From: Cetorhinus maximus
Taxonomy: Eukaryota
Reading direction: 5' to 3'
NCBI RefSeq assembly: GCF_964194155.1
Contig: NC_135887.1
Location: 80,166,001-80,230,000, forward strand
Length of the DNA: 64,000 bases
A model generated the notes under the pieces. That model had not been told where the DNA came from. It searched no databases and worked only from the letters and a program-made list of their open reading frames with translations. Below, piece by piece: positions 35,777 through 48,314 of the stretch (within the stretch, counting starts at the first letter, position 1; every line of letters begins with the position of its first letter). The position numbers and the translations under genes were made by a program.

Positions 35777-37892
35777 ATAGACTCATAGATGTTTACAGCA
35801 CAGAAGGAGGCCATTCGGCCCATCATGTCTGCGTCGGTTAACTAAGACATGATTACACTAATCCCATTTTCCAGCGCTTGGCCCATAGCCCAAGTGAATA
35901 TCTAAATACTTCTTAAATGTTATGAGAGCTTCTGACCCAACCACCGTTTCAGGCAGTGAGTTCCAGACTCACACCACCCTCTGGGTGAAAAACTTTCTCC
36001 TTAACTCCCCTCTTAGTCTTGAACCTCTTACCTTAAATCTATGCCCCTTGGTTATTGACCCCTGTACTAATGGAAAAAGTGCCTTCCCATCTACCCTATC
36101 TATGCCCCTCATAATCTTATATACCTCTGTCAGGTCCCCTCTTAACCTTCGCTGCTCCAAGGAAAACAACCCCAGCCTGTCCAATCTTTCCTCATAGCTC
36201 AGACCCTCCAGGCCAGGCAGCATCCTAGTAAATCTCCTCTGCACCCTCTCCAGTGTAATCACAACCTTCCTATAATGTGGTGACCAGAACTGCACGCAGT
36301 ACTCCAGTTGTGGCCTAACTAGCGTTTTATACAGTTCCAGCATAACCTCCCTGCTCTTGTATTCTATGCCTCGGCTAATAAAGTCAAGTATCCCATATGC
36401 CTTTTTAACTACCTTATCTACCTGCCCTGCTACCTTCAGGGATCTGTGGATATGTATGCCAAGGTCCCTCTGATCTTCAGTACTTTTCAGGGTCCTACCA
36501 TTAATAGTGTAATCCCTTGCCCTGTTAGCCCTCCCCAAGTGCATTACCTCTCACTTTTCCAGGCTGAATTCCATTTGCCACTGCTCTGCCTGCCTGACCG
36601 GTCCATTGATATCCTCCTGCAGTTTACGGCTATCCTCCTCACTATTTACCACGCCAGCAATTTTCGTGTCATCCCCGAACTTTTTGATCATACCCCCTAC
36701 ATTTAAGTCCAAATCATTTATGTACACCACAAACAGCAAGGGCCTCAGCACCGAGCCCTGCGGAATCCCACTGGAAACAAACTTATAGTCTCAGAAACAT
36801 CCCTCTATCGTCACCATCTGCTTCCTGCCTCTCAGCCAGTTTTGGATCCAACGTACCACTTTGTCTTGGATTCCATGGGCTCTTTCTTTCCTGACCAGTC
36901 TACCATGAGGGACCTTAACAAAGCCTTGCTAACGTACATGTAGCTGACATCAAATGCATTGCCCTCCTCAACACTCCTGGTTACCTGCTCAAAAGTTTGA
37001 TCAAATTTGTCAAACACGACCTTCTCTTAACGAATCCATGCTGACTATCCCTGATTAATATATGTCTCTCCCAGTGCAGAATATTCTGTCCCTCAGAATT
37101 CTTTCTAGTAATTTCCCCACCACTGAGGTTAAATTGGCTGGCCTGTAATTTCCTGGCCTATCCCTTCCTCCCTTTTTTAATAATGGGACAACATTAGCAG
37201 TCCCCCAGTCCTCTGGCACCTCACCTGTGGCTAGAGAGGATTTGAAAATTACTGCCAGGGCCCCTGACATCTCTTCCCTTGCCTCCCTCAACCACCTGGA
37301 ATACATCTCATACGGACCTGTGGATTTATCCACTTTTAAGGCCACTAAACCCTCTAGTATTTCCTCTCCCTCCAAGTTAATTTCCTTTCATATTTCAGTC
37401 CTCCTCCCTGATATCTATACCTGTGTCGTCCTTTTTCCATTGTGAAGACCGGCGCAAAATATTCATTGAGGACTGTACCCATGTCTTTCAAGTCCACAAA
37501 CAGATTACCCCTATGGTCCCTAATTGGCCCTACTCTTTCCCTTGTTATTCTCTTGCTCTTTATATATTTGAAAAAAAACCCCTTTGGGCTTTCCTTTATT
37601 CTACCACCAATGCTTTCTTGTGCACTCTCTTAGTTTTCCTAATTTCCTTTTTAAGTTTTCCCCCCTCGCCACCGCACTTTTTATACTCCTCTAGGGACTC
37701 TGCCGTGTTGAGCCCTCGGTATCTGCCATAAGCTTCTCTTTTTTTCTTAATCCTAACCTTTATGTCCCTTGACATCCAGGGTGCTCTGGACTCGGTGCTC
37801 CCCTTTATCTTTACGGAAACATATTTGCCCTGTACTGTCACTATTTCCTCCTTGAATGCCTCCCTCTGCTCTGACACAGTTTTATCTGCAAG
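35777..37892 (-). mobile_element. 5'-truncated CR1 LINE, relatively young, nested in an older CR1
   Basis: ORFs 37055-37375, 36551-36751 and 35969-36544 give RPGNYRPANLTSVVGKLLE, PLLFVVYINDLD, LVRPQLEYCVQFWSP and FSLEQRRLRGDL; (CTATGAGT)-like tail at 35777. Confidence 0.93.
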
Positions 37893-37951
37893 TAGAGTTC
37901 CTTTAAGTATTGGAGAGGGTTGATGAGGATAGTGTCTTTGATATTGTGTAT

Positions 37952-39319
37952 TGTTATGATCCCCAGCTGAGGTTACCACTGGATGAGCCTGATTTCAGGC
38001 TGGAACCCAGATTGATAGACCCTAACTTTTATTTGTTTGTTTAGATACATGGAGAGAGGCTACTGAACAGTCACACTGGAGTCAGCTAATGAACTTTTAA
38101 CAAAAGCATAAAACATTTATTAAACAAGAAAAGATGAACTATATTACAATACTCCTTCACCCACAACTGTACCTTTACAGATATATACAGATTTGTATGG
38201 ATAACAGAAACTACAAAAGCTATCTTATACTCTAATGTTCACAGTAAGCACAGTCCATGTAAACCAATTGGCACCCTGTGGTCAGACACACACACTCTGA
38301 AACCAAGTGACACATGCCACACCAGACAGATGCTATGGATCTCTCCTCAAATCCCCACCGCCCCCCGCCCCCCAGACACTTGTTACACCATGAGCCAACC
38401 AGCCTCACTGAATTCCATCTTTCACACGTGGGTTTCCAATCTCCACTTTCCAAGAACTTGCCTTGGAATCTTCTCCCAAACCGACACACTCTCTTAGACG
38501 CCTTCTGCAAGGGTACACCTCCAGGGTTTCAAACTCTCCTTTTGTTGTTCCTCTCTCCTGGGTCACCACATGCATTCTAGATTTCTTCTACGCATTCTCT
38601 CTCACCGACTCAGCTGTCACCAGTACACCACTGCTTCACGTGCCCGTAACAAAGAGTTACCGACCTTCATTTGCCTCTTTGAACCTTCTGACTTCTCACA
38701 AGCCTTTATATCGCTTTGACTCTGCTTTCTGCAGCTTGGAGCTTTAAGCTTGGAGCTTGGAGTCTTTCTCTGCCCGTCACTCTTTGCTTAACAGGACCTT
38801 TTCCAGGTTCCTGTCCTTGCTTTGACTAGAAGGTCTGCTTGGGACTTTCTCTTGTTCCACTCCCCTGGATTCTTGGGAACTTTCTTCTTTAGCTTGGGAA
38901 GGCCTATCTGCCCCCTTTGTCCCAGTCTTTCCCTGGCAGCTACTTTCAACCAACTTTTGCTTGGAACTGGCTATCTGAGCCTTCTAGGCTGCTTCTGCCT
39001 GGCAGCTGTCTTCAAAACTGAACTCAAAAACTGCTGTTTCTAGTTTCTTGTGTGTGTGTCTGTGGGAGGGACCTGCCTCTCTGGACCCCTGTTGCTAGGC
39101 AATAGCCCAATTTTTCTACTCTTGTGTTTGCTTAATTTCTCTTACAGCCATAAACTCCCAATGCAGGCACCTTTTAAAGTGAAACTAAAACACAACCTGA
39201 CCTTTTCTTAACACACAAATACAGAAATACAAATCAAACTCAAACATTAAAGCTAAAACTCATTCCTAACACCTGCAAATACCAATATAACTTACTTAAA
39301 CTATCTCTATTACCTAACA
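37952..39319 (-). mobile_element. Solo LTR, ~1.37 kb, inserted in a CR1 LINE
   Basis: TGTTAT...CTAACA termini. The CR1 RT sequence (gatattgtgtat | tatggacttcaaaa) resumes on either side. Minus-strand AATAAA near 38116. TSD imperfect. Confidence 0.68.
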
Positions 39320-41610
39320 GATTATGGACTTCAAAAATACATTTGAAAAAGCAGCACATAATTGACCTGTTAGCAAATTTGAAATCTATGGGATTAAAGG
39401 GGCAGTGGCAGCATAGCTACAAAATTGGTTAAGGGACAGAAAGCAGAGAGTAGTAGTGAATACCTGTTTTTCAGACTGGAGAGAAGAATACAGTGGTGTC
39501 CCTCAGGGTCTCTGTTAGGATCACTGATCTTTTTGATGTATATATTAATGACTTGGGTATACAGAACATAATTTCCAAGTTTGCAGATGGCACGGAACTC
39601 AGAAATGTAATGAACAGTGATGAGGATAGTAGGATAGCCTCAAAAGGATGTAAACAAACCGGTGAAATGGGCAGGCAAATAGCAGATGAGGTTTAATGCA
39701 GAGAAACATGAAGTGGTTGATTTTGGTCGGATGATTTAGGAGTGAGAATATAAACTAAATGGTTACACAAAACTATAAAAAGTTAATGGAAATTCTAACC
39801 ACTGATTTAGGCCTGGAGTAGCTCTCTTTAGAGCAGTGAAGATTAAAGGGAGATTTGAAAGAGATATCCAAAGTCATGAAGGGTTTTAATACAGTAAATA
39901 GGGGAAATTATTTTGAGTGGCAGAACGGGCAGTCACCAAAGGACACAGATTCAAGGTGATTGGAAAAGAACCAGAGGCAATATGAAGAAATGTTTATTTC
40001 GCGCAGCAAGTTGTTGTGATCTGGAAGGTACTGCCTAGAAAGGCGGTGAAAGGATATTCAATCATAACTTTCAAAAGGGAATTAAATAAATACTTGAAGG
40101 GGGAAGAAAATTCACAGGATGATCAGGGCTGTGGGACAAAATGGAGTAATTGGGGGAACAGGAGATGAATCTCACGGACAAGATGAGCTTGAAGAGAACA
40201 TGACGTCATGTTCACAGGAGCATTATCAAAAAAATCTGAAAGCAAGCCACATAAAGCAATTTAAGACAAGTAAAACCTACCTCTTTGACTACGCTTTTGT
40301 TCACCTGTCTTAAATTGCTTTATGTGGCTTGCTTTCAGATTTTTTTGATAATGCTCCTGTGAAGCACCTTGGGATGTTTTACCACCTTAAAGGAACCATA
40401 TAAATGTAAGTTGCTGTTGTGATATATTGCTAATTTTACTGAATTACGACTATTTAGCATTTGTTGATTTACCTGACAAGGAGCTGGATTGATATTTACC
40501 AAATTCATTTCACACGAGACTCTTACAGCTGGAGGATAGAAAAGACTTTTATGCTATTAGCTGGCAGCCTTGGCTCACTCACATTACTTTCACTTCTGAG
40601 CCAGAATGCTCACTCCAGAGACGTGAGCACATAATCTTGGCTGACACATGTGTGCAATACCAAGCGAGTGCTGTAGTGCCACGGGTGCCAAATTTCAGAT
40701 GGACCCCTAGGGTGGGCAGAAAAGATCTCATGACACTAGTCAGCACCTTTCAACAGCACCTTCTCTACCATCTAGAAGGACAAGGGCAGCAGATGCACGG
40801 GAACACGACCACGTGCAAGTTCCCCTCTAAGCAACACACCATCCTGACTTAGAAATATATCGCCATTCCTTCACTGTCACTGGGTCAAAATCTTGGAACT
40901 CTCTTCCTAACAGCACTGTGGGTGTACCTACACCACATGGACTTCAAGAAGGCAGCTCGCAACCACTTTCTTGAGGGCAACTAGGGATGGGCAATAAATG
41001 TTGGACTAGCCAGCGACATCTACACCTCCCCGAAAGAATGAAGAAGTCAGTTAAGACTCGGCAGGTCTCCCTGGTGTCCTGGCCAATACCTATCCCTTAG
41101 CTTACAACTGAAACAGATGACCTGGTCATTTACTTAATTGTTGCATGGGATCTTGGACTGTGAAACTTGGCTGCACATTTCCCATATTACAGCAATAGCT
41201 ACTGTACATTTCAAATGTACTTTATTGGCTGTAAAGCAATTTGGGACATCCTGAGGTTATGAAAGATGCTGTATAAATGCACGTCTCTCTTTGTCATCAC
41301 ACGCATACATTTTGTGTATATAATCAGGTGAGGACAGGATTGAGCCAGACTGTTACTTTTCTGATTGAATAACCTGTCCATGTCTCCCCATGGGCAAGTC
41401 ACTGGATTACTATGGACTGTGCCCCAGAATGAGTCAGTCCCTTCAAATGAGATGGGGAACAAAGTGGAATACATGCATAATATAGTTTATTTTGCCCTAA
41501 CTTGATGTACAATCCAAATGTTAATTTATGGCTGTCTCATTTTGCCAATCATTTATGTTGCAGCCTATTCTCGAGGGAGATTTGTTGTGAACAAACGTCT
41601 AATGTCTGAC

Positions 41611-41630
41611 CGACTTGTTGGAACATGCAT
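41611..41630 (+). promoter_or_regulatory. Candidate p53 response element in the PIDD1 5'UTR
   Basis: CGACTTGTTG-GAACATGCAT: two RRRCWWGYYY-like half-sites with no spacer, both CWWG cores intact, 3 mismatches of 20; 27-46 nt upstream of the ATG. Confidence 0.5.
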
Positions 41631-41656
41631 CTCACACAGCTGAGCAATGGTAAAAG

Positions 41657-41900
41657 ATGGCCGAATTACTGCTTGGGGAAGCAGCCACCGTCGGCACTGC
41701 CGATGTGTACTTAGTAGACAACAGACTGAATTTAGATGTGTTTCCAAACAGCACCAGCCATTTTTCTGTACTTTACAAAACACGCAGAGAGGAGGTGCAA
41801 CAGATTGAGTTTCTACGACTAAACTGCAATGAGGAGCAAATTGGTTCATCACTCACCATCATCCCTGAACTAAGAAGGCTGAAATCACTTGTACTTAAAG
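41657..41900 (+). CDS. PIDD1: PIDD1 first coding exon (exon probably starts at 41564)
   Basis: MAELLLGE...YLVDNRLNLDVFP...QIEFLRL...LKSLVLK(G), resembling the human PIDD1 N-terminus (NRLSLDLYP...QVEFLRL...LRSLVLKG). In-frame TAA at 41651, strong Kozak context, donor GTAATG at 41901. Confidence 0.92.
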
Positions 41901-42573
41901 GTAATGGGAGCCATTACAAATACATTGCTATCACTTCTGCCTCTCTTTTAGTTTCTTTTAAATATAAGTAATTATTTTTAATTTTTTGAAGTGATACCTA
42001 ATATGATTTTCTTTGAGTAAATTAGTTTCTGCTAGAGTAATACTCTAATTTCCTGTAATTCCTGGTACCTCAAATCTTTTCCACAGCTAAGTACCATGTG
42101 AAATGAAGCAATCAGTTGATTGCACTGAGCCTTTCCTAAGCTTAACTTACTTTTTTGTTTCTACAAGGTATCACTATTCGGGCTGAGGCTACATTTCGAT
42201 GAGTAATAAATATTTCAGAACTTATTAGAAAAATTTGGACTTTGAAATATTCTTTACATTATCCAGAGCTGCTGATGTGTTTGTGGTGACAGTGTAACCT
42301 CTTGATTTCCTTTCACATATGATAAAATTACTTGGATTGATATCTTACAGTTCCAAAGGTTGGGAGGGAGGAAGTGCTGTGTACACAGGGAGGTAAATAT
42401 CTTAGAAAACCTCTTGTAACCCTTTGGCTTTATAGCTACAGTCATTAAGATAGCTGTCATTGTTCTATATCTGAGTATGCCAATCTTATCCAAAAAGACC
42501 TGAGTGTATTCCTGGATGCTGAGACACTGCACTGTGCCAGCTCTAATGGCACTTATTAAATTTACTTCACTAG

Positions 42574-42987
42574 GTGGTCATCTCAAGGATGAATATGGTG
42601 TGTGTCAGCGTGGTCTGGTGGCAACTTTGCCTATGGAGTTCAAACATCTCCAGCACTTGACCCATTTGGATTTGAGCTTCAACAGCTTTACTTCTTTACC
42701 TGAATGTGTGACCGAGTTGAAGGAGCTAACCGTGCTTCAGCTGTGCCATAACCAACTGGCTGCACTGCCCGAAAGCATTGGCAAGCTGGTAAAACTGACT
42801 GATCTTTTACTGATGAAAAACCAGCTGAGAGAGTTACCTGGAAGCATCGGTGAACTTGCAGCACTTCAGACAGCAGATATATCTGAAAATGAACTGGAAC
42901 GGCTCCCCAATGACATAGGAAACCTCTCCAGTTGTACACAGTTAGACCTTTCAGGCAATAGACTAACAACTGTACCATCGTCACTTG
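42574..42987 (+). CDS. PIDD1: PIDD1 LRR exon
   Basis: GHLKDEYGVCQRGLVATLP...LTHLDLSFNSFTSLPE...LDLSGNRLTTVPSSL; 414 nt, AG / GTGAGT, phase 1-1. Confidence 0.96.
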
Positions 42988-43473
42988 GTGAGTTTAATTT
43001 AAGTTTAATTGCAAAACAATTCCAATTACTAGAATAGTGACATACCTTGATGTAAGATTATACATCATTAACATAACATTATACATAAGGTTATTGCGCT
43101 GAGATTCGTGAACTATTAAGTGGTAATAACATTTCAAATGTTTGAATTTTATTTCACCTATCTCACAGTGTAATATCCAAACTCTTTTAGTGTGTTTGAC
43201 TATATGTCCATGCTACAGCATGTTTAATGTTTACAGCTCCAATAAGGTTTATCTGTCTATATTTATAATTAATAAACTGGTTGCAACCTTGTACTGTTGA
43301 TAATCTTCACTAGTCTTGCAATTTTCCAGAGTTTTGTATATATGTTTTAATTTTTAATCTATTGGTATAGTAATGTGATGTGATTTTAGATACCGTTATT
43401 GTAAGGGATCTAATAACAATGCATTTTAAACAGAAGTTATAAATGACACAAAGCTTTATGTCCTTGCATACAG

Positions 43474-43677
43474 CAAACCTGACGTCTCTTAGGGAATTGC
43501 ATCTCCACAGCAATCATCTTGTAACTGTCCCAGCATCCCTTGCTCGCCTTCCCAACTTGTCTAGACTTGACCTGCAGAATAACAGCCTGCGTTCCGTCCC
43601 TCCAGAGATCCAGAATTTCCCCTTTGTGCATTTGAAGGGCAATCCGATAGGGCGGCCAGAGAGCCCTAAAGAACAAG
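43474..43677 (+). CDS. PIDD1: PIDD1 LRR exon (last LRRs and cap)
   Basis: ANLTSLRELHLHSNHLVTVPASLARLPNLSRLDLQNNSLRSVPPEI...FVHLKGNPIG; 204 nt, phase 1-1. Confidence 0.95.
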
Positions 43678-44339
43678 GTATCGAATTGGTAATTTGTGTT
43701 TCATTTCACTGGCTGTAACTTTGCATCTTTATGGAAATTTGTTATGTATTTATGTACTTCCCAAAGAAAATCCATAATGTCTCTTATGGTTCACTGAATA
43801 TTGTAAGCCATGAAATGTGCTGCATATTTTTCCAATTCTACTTTGAAATTTACAAGAAATTATGTATACAGGCGTTGTTAATTAGCCATGTGGTACCTCA
43901 TCCCAGTGATCCATCTTCATGCTTTGAGCTGAAGCAATTAACAGTTTGATAATGGGAGGAGGAAGATGCTACTTTTACATCTCCAACAGCTGGATATGGA
44001 AGCTGGGGAGTGGAAACTTTGGATTTTTGGTATAATTTGTCCCTTTTCCCAAGCCAGAGAACATGGAGACAGAATCATAGAATAGTTTACAGCACAGAAA
44101 GAGGCTATTCAGCCCATCTTATCTGTGCTGGCTCCCTGCAACAGCTTCTCAACTAGTCCCATTTCCCTCCCTTTTCTCCATAGATCCATAAGCTTTTTCT
44201 CTTCATGTAATTATCCAATTCTCTTTAGAAAGCCTTGATTGAACCTGCATCCGCACAACTGTGACAGTGTATTCTAGATCCTAACTACTCTGGTTCTGAT
44301 GAAAAGTAAGACCTGAAACAGTAGCTATGTTTTTAAACG

Positions 44340-45125
44340 GTTGTTTGGTAGTAGAGAACTTGAGTATAACTGAAAAAAGACACATGTCGAAGCTTTTTGT
44401 CTTGCACTCCTCAGGACATTATTAAGAATACCAATGTAAAGGGAATAATAATTTATACTTCATGAGAAGAGAGTGCTGATTGTTTGGCAAATGGACTCTG
44501 ATTGGTAGAGGCATTGCCATGGAGAATGCACCATTTGTGCACCAGCATGTCCCTTCGGCCGAACGTAACAAGCAATGCACTAACTGTACCCAACCAGCCC
44601 ATGCTTGCAAAACTTAAAACACAGTGTCCAATATTAGCTGTGATTACGTGATTGGACAACACTTGCTAAACAACCCTGAGTAAGAATTATGCTGATAACC
44701 AATTTAAGATTATCAGATAGGCTTGCAATGTGGCACACTTATGTGTGCTAGAAGCTACACATATTAATACACAGAGCCCAGTTCTTTGCAGACAGAAAGA
44801 ACATGTACACTCATTGCACTTGTTTCAACTGAACAAAATAGGCAACAGCCATTCTCTGGTTTATTCCCCAGGGCAATGGCTTGACCAGTCAGGGTCAACC
44901 TGCCTGGTTTGAATTTAAACAAAGCTTGGCAGTTAACTGTCAGCCATCAGTTAACTGGTGCATTTTCCATGGAAAGACCTCTACAAATCAGAGTCCACTT
45001 GCCAAGCAATCAGCATTCTGTTCTCATGAAGTATAAATGGTGGTTCCCTTTACATCTGGTATTCTTACGAATGTCTTGATGAGTGCAAGACAAAAAGCTT
45101 CAACATGGTGACTATTTTCAGCAAC
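44340..45125. mobile_element. Fold-back Penelope-like insertion, family B, with GIY-YIG C-terminal remnant
   Basis: Inverted arms ~44340-44533 and ~44955-45125, with decayed hammerheads at 44384-44419 (-) and 45071-45106 (+). The internal part reads IGQHLLNNP...NQFKII...AHLCVLEATHINTQSPVLCRQKEHV. Confidence 0.78.
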
Positions 45126-45157
45126 TGCGTTTCAATTCATAGATGCTGCATGACCTG

Positions 45158-45875
45158 AGTAGAGGAAGTGAGAGATCTTGGAGTGAATATCTGCAGACCC
45201 CTGAAGGTAGCAGGACAGGTTGATAAGGTGCATGAGAAGCCATATGAAATCCTTTCATTTCTTAGCCAAGGCATAGAATATAAGAGCAGGGAAGTTATGC
45301 TAGAACAAAACAAAACAATAGTTAGGCCACAACTTGAGTACTGTGTGCAGATCTGGTCACCTCATAACAGAAAGGATGTAATTTCATTAGACAGGATACA
45401 GAGGAGATTTACGAGGATATTGCCAGGATTGGAAAAATTACAGCTATGAGGGAAGATTAGATAGGCTGGAGTTGTTCTCTTTGGAACAGAGGATGCTGAG
45501 GGGAGATTTGATTGAGATGTACAAAATTGTGAGGCGCTTGGATACAGTGGATGGGAAGGGCCACTTTAGCAGAGAGACCAGTGACTCGGGGGCATAGGTT
45601 TAATGTGATTGGTAGAAAGATTAGAGGGGAGATGAGGAAAATATTTTCACCCAGAGGGTTGTGCGGGTCTGGAACTCACTGCCTGAAAGGGTAGTAGAGG
45701 CAGAAACACTTAACTCATTTAAAAGGTGTCTGTATATGCACCTCAGGTGTCATAACACCAGGGCTACGAACCAAATACTGGAGAGTAGGATTAGGCTGGG
45801 CGGCTTGTTTTTCGGCCAGTGTAGACACGATGGGCTAAGTGGCCTCTTCCTGTGCCATAAACTTTCTATGATTCT
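45158..45875 (+). mobile_element. CR1 3' fragment inserted into a Penelope pLTR
   Basis: RDLGV...IVRPQLEYCVQIWSP; (TTCTATGA) tail; ATGACCTG duplicated at 45150-45157 and 45876-45883. Confidence 0.85.
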
Positions 45876-47972
45876 ATGACCTGCTGAGCATTTCCAACAT
45901 TTTTTGTTTTTATTTAGGATTTCCAGCATCTGCAGTATTTTGATTTTGTTTGAGGGACTGGACCTGGGCTTTTCCTGGCCATTATATTCACGAGCTACTG
46001 GAAGTCCTTTCGCACTTATTTTTAGAAATACAAAAGCATTGCAAAGAATATTGACTCTCTGGGAGGGTTCACTCTCCCTTGAGCCCTTTCCTTCCTCCTC
46101 CACCTCCACTCCTGCCATGATCTTACCCTCCACACAGCTGTGGGGTCTGCTGCATTCAGGCTACAGCCAATGACACTTTTATCCATCCTTTAGAAAATGA
46201 ATGGGAATAGTCCAGTGAAACTTAAACATCTGATTTTTTTTCTCCTTCCCCACGACTTCACACACTCAAGAGAAGTGTCTGGTTCTGCTTGATCCATGCC
46301 CATGTATGATAATATGATTGACAACTGAGTGAAGGGCAGTGGATTGACCCTCCCATTGGCGTAGCATCTCTCAGCATTATGATTCATTTTTAGCACCTTT
46401 TTATTCTCTATTTCTCTTCTATCCCTGCAGTCACTGACTCACATTGAGATGCAGACACAGCAGTGCCTTCCCCAAGTAGTTAGCTGAGTTGATGAATCTC
46501 AACAGACCATGGTGGGACATTACAGCCAAGCCAGATCCTGTTCTTCCCTGACAGCTGTACCTGTTCTTTCTAACAAACTGACTGGAGATTTCTTTGAATC
46601 GTCCTTCTCAGGGTTACTGACAAATACCAGTGTAATTCACACAGGTGAACTGTTGACCCTGGGACCAGTGTGGTCAATATGCCTCAATTCCACACTGGGG
46701 GATGCATTTATCAACCAAGCCACTGGAATGCCCCTTGCAGCTCTTGTACCAGTGTTTATATTCATTCAGTTTCCTCCTTGTATAGTTGCCTATTTGATAG
46801 TTATGCTGTGCAAATGTTTCTAATTTCTTTGCATTTTGTACTGGGTGGGTGACCAGACACCTTTGTGCCCTGAGAAACAGCTCTCTTGAAGCAGCACTGC
46901 TTTTCAATTAGTGTTGCAATGATCTGCTCTTTATAGTGATTTTCTTGGTGTTGTACAAAAATAAATTATAATGATGAAGTTTGATGTGTAGATTATTGGA
47001 AAGAATACTTGCATGGTTTCTTAGGAGCTCAATCAACGATTATAAGTAAAGTGTTTATTTAATGAGTGTAGGTATCATAACTTACATTTTTTTTTTAAAT
47101 TGTCACTAAATTTCCAGGGCTGGGAATAGTGGTGGTGTTGCTATCTGCAGCTCTAAATTTCCCACTGTTGTCAGCTTTTCAGTACTGAATTCAACACACC
47201 ACTAGAGGGTGACATATACCATTTGTGCTGTTAGGAGGTGGATCTCACATTATATACTGTGCTAGAGGCTTTCTCAGTGAATGAAAAACCAAGGGTATTT
47301 TTCAGCGTTCACAGTGGCAAAACCCCTTCCTGTGACATTTTTGTATGGGCCCACGACAGTCGGATCAGATTAAGTCAGCAAGAGTGGGAAAAGAGTGCTA
47401 CCTCCTGGAAAATCTATAAATGAGATTTCCTGTGCAACTTACCATTGGAAGAATACAGTATTCTGTGTTACTAGCTTTCTTACATCGTGTAGTGTTATTA
47501 TGCATAGTGGAGACAATAGAAGATTTTAATAAAATAAACTAATGGAAAGTACTGGGTGAATGTCAGGGTTACCGGTAGATGTCCAATTTTAAGGTTTACA
47601 TCATTGACAGGTTGGGTAAATGTTGATCTTGTGTTTTATGACATTATCTGAACCCCTTATTGGATTAATTCATCTAATGTTTCTGCACACAAGCCATAAT
47701 GAAAGTATACAACACAAAGGGCCCCCATGTTAAGTGAAGGGAAGAGAAGCATTTTTAATATCAGTTTTCACTGATGTGATTGCCCTGTACATGTCACTCA
47801 CGGTTTTATTGCTTGTGGGCTTATGGGGCCATTCATGCCAAAGAAATGGGAAATTATATTCCCAAAGCAATAAATTGGCAGTTGCTTGAAATTACTTGAA
47901 AAAAATTTGTACAAAGGAGGTGATTAAGTTCCACAACAGTTGATATTCGATTTCTTTCCTCATTTCATACAG

Positions 47973-48027
47973 ACTACACCAAACCCAAAGAAATCCTGGT
48001 CCGATACCTTGCATCCGACGCAGACAG
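47973..48027 (+). CDS. PIDD1: PIDD1 linker exon
   Basis: (D)YTKPKEILVRYLASDAD(S); 55 nt, phase 1-2, AG/GT boundaries; restores frame between the neighbouring exons. Confidence 0.85.
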
Positions 48028-48115
48028 GTACCCTCAGCTGGTGTTTGATTAAATCAGACATTTCCAGTCGTTTGTGGTTATATGATTAAATCTATGTGTT
48101 AATGAAATGTTCCAG

Positions 48116-48314
48116 CTTCACCGTGACCGCTGAAGGCTGCAATATTGTGTTTCCCTGTGGGATTGAAATCCACTTCCCACCTGAAGCGGTTTCCTTGGCA
48201 GTGATCACATGTAGCGTCACCTCCCCTGACCCACAGCAGGTGAAACTAAGGCATCATGACTTCCTACTGAGCCGGGTCCTGGAACTTCTACCTCATGGCA
48301 TACACTTTGAAAAG
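48116..48314 (+). CDS. PIDD1: PIDD1 ZU5-1 exon
   Basis: SFTVTAEGCNIVFPCGIEIHFPPEA...LLSRVLELLPHGIHFEK; 199 nt, phase 2-0. Confidence 0.94.

Larger units (their letters stand above)
35610..40110 (+). mobile_element. Older CR1 LINE split in three (35610-35776, 37893-37951, 39320-40110)
   Basis: The RT sequence is collinear once the minus-strand CR1 and the solo LTR are removed (YINDL...ISKFADGT at ~39540-39590). Confidence 0.78.

Noticed and set aside
35969-36544. 191-aa ORF as a host gene or active reverse transcriptase
   Set aside because: CR1 ORF2 C-terminal fragment of a 5'-truncated, frame-disrupted copy.
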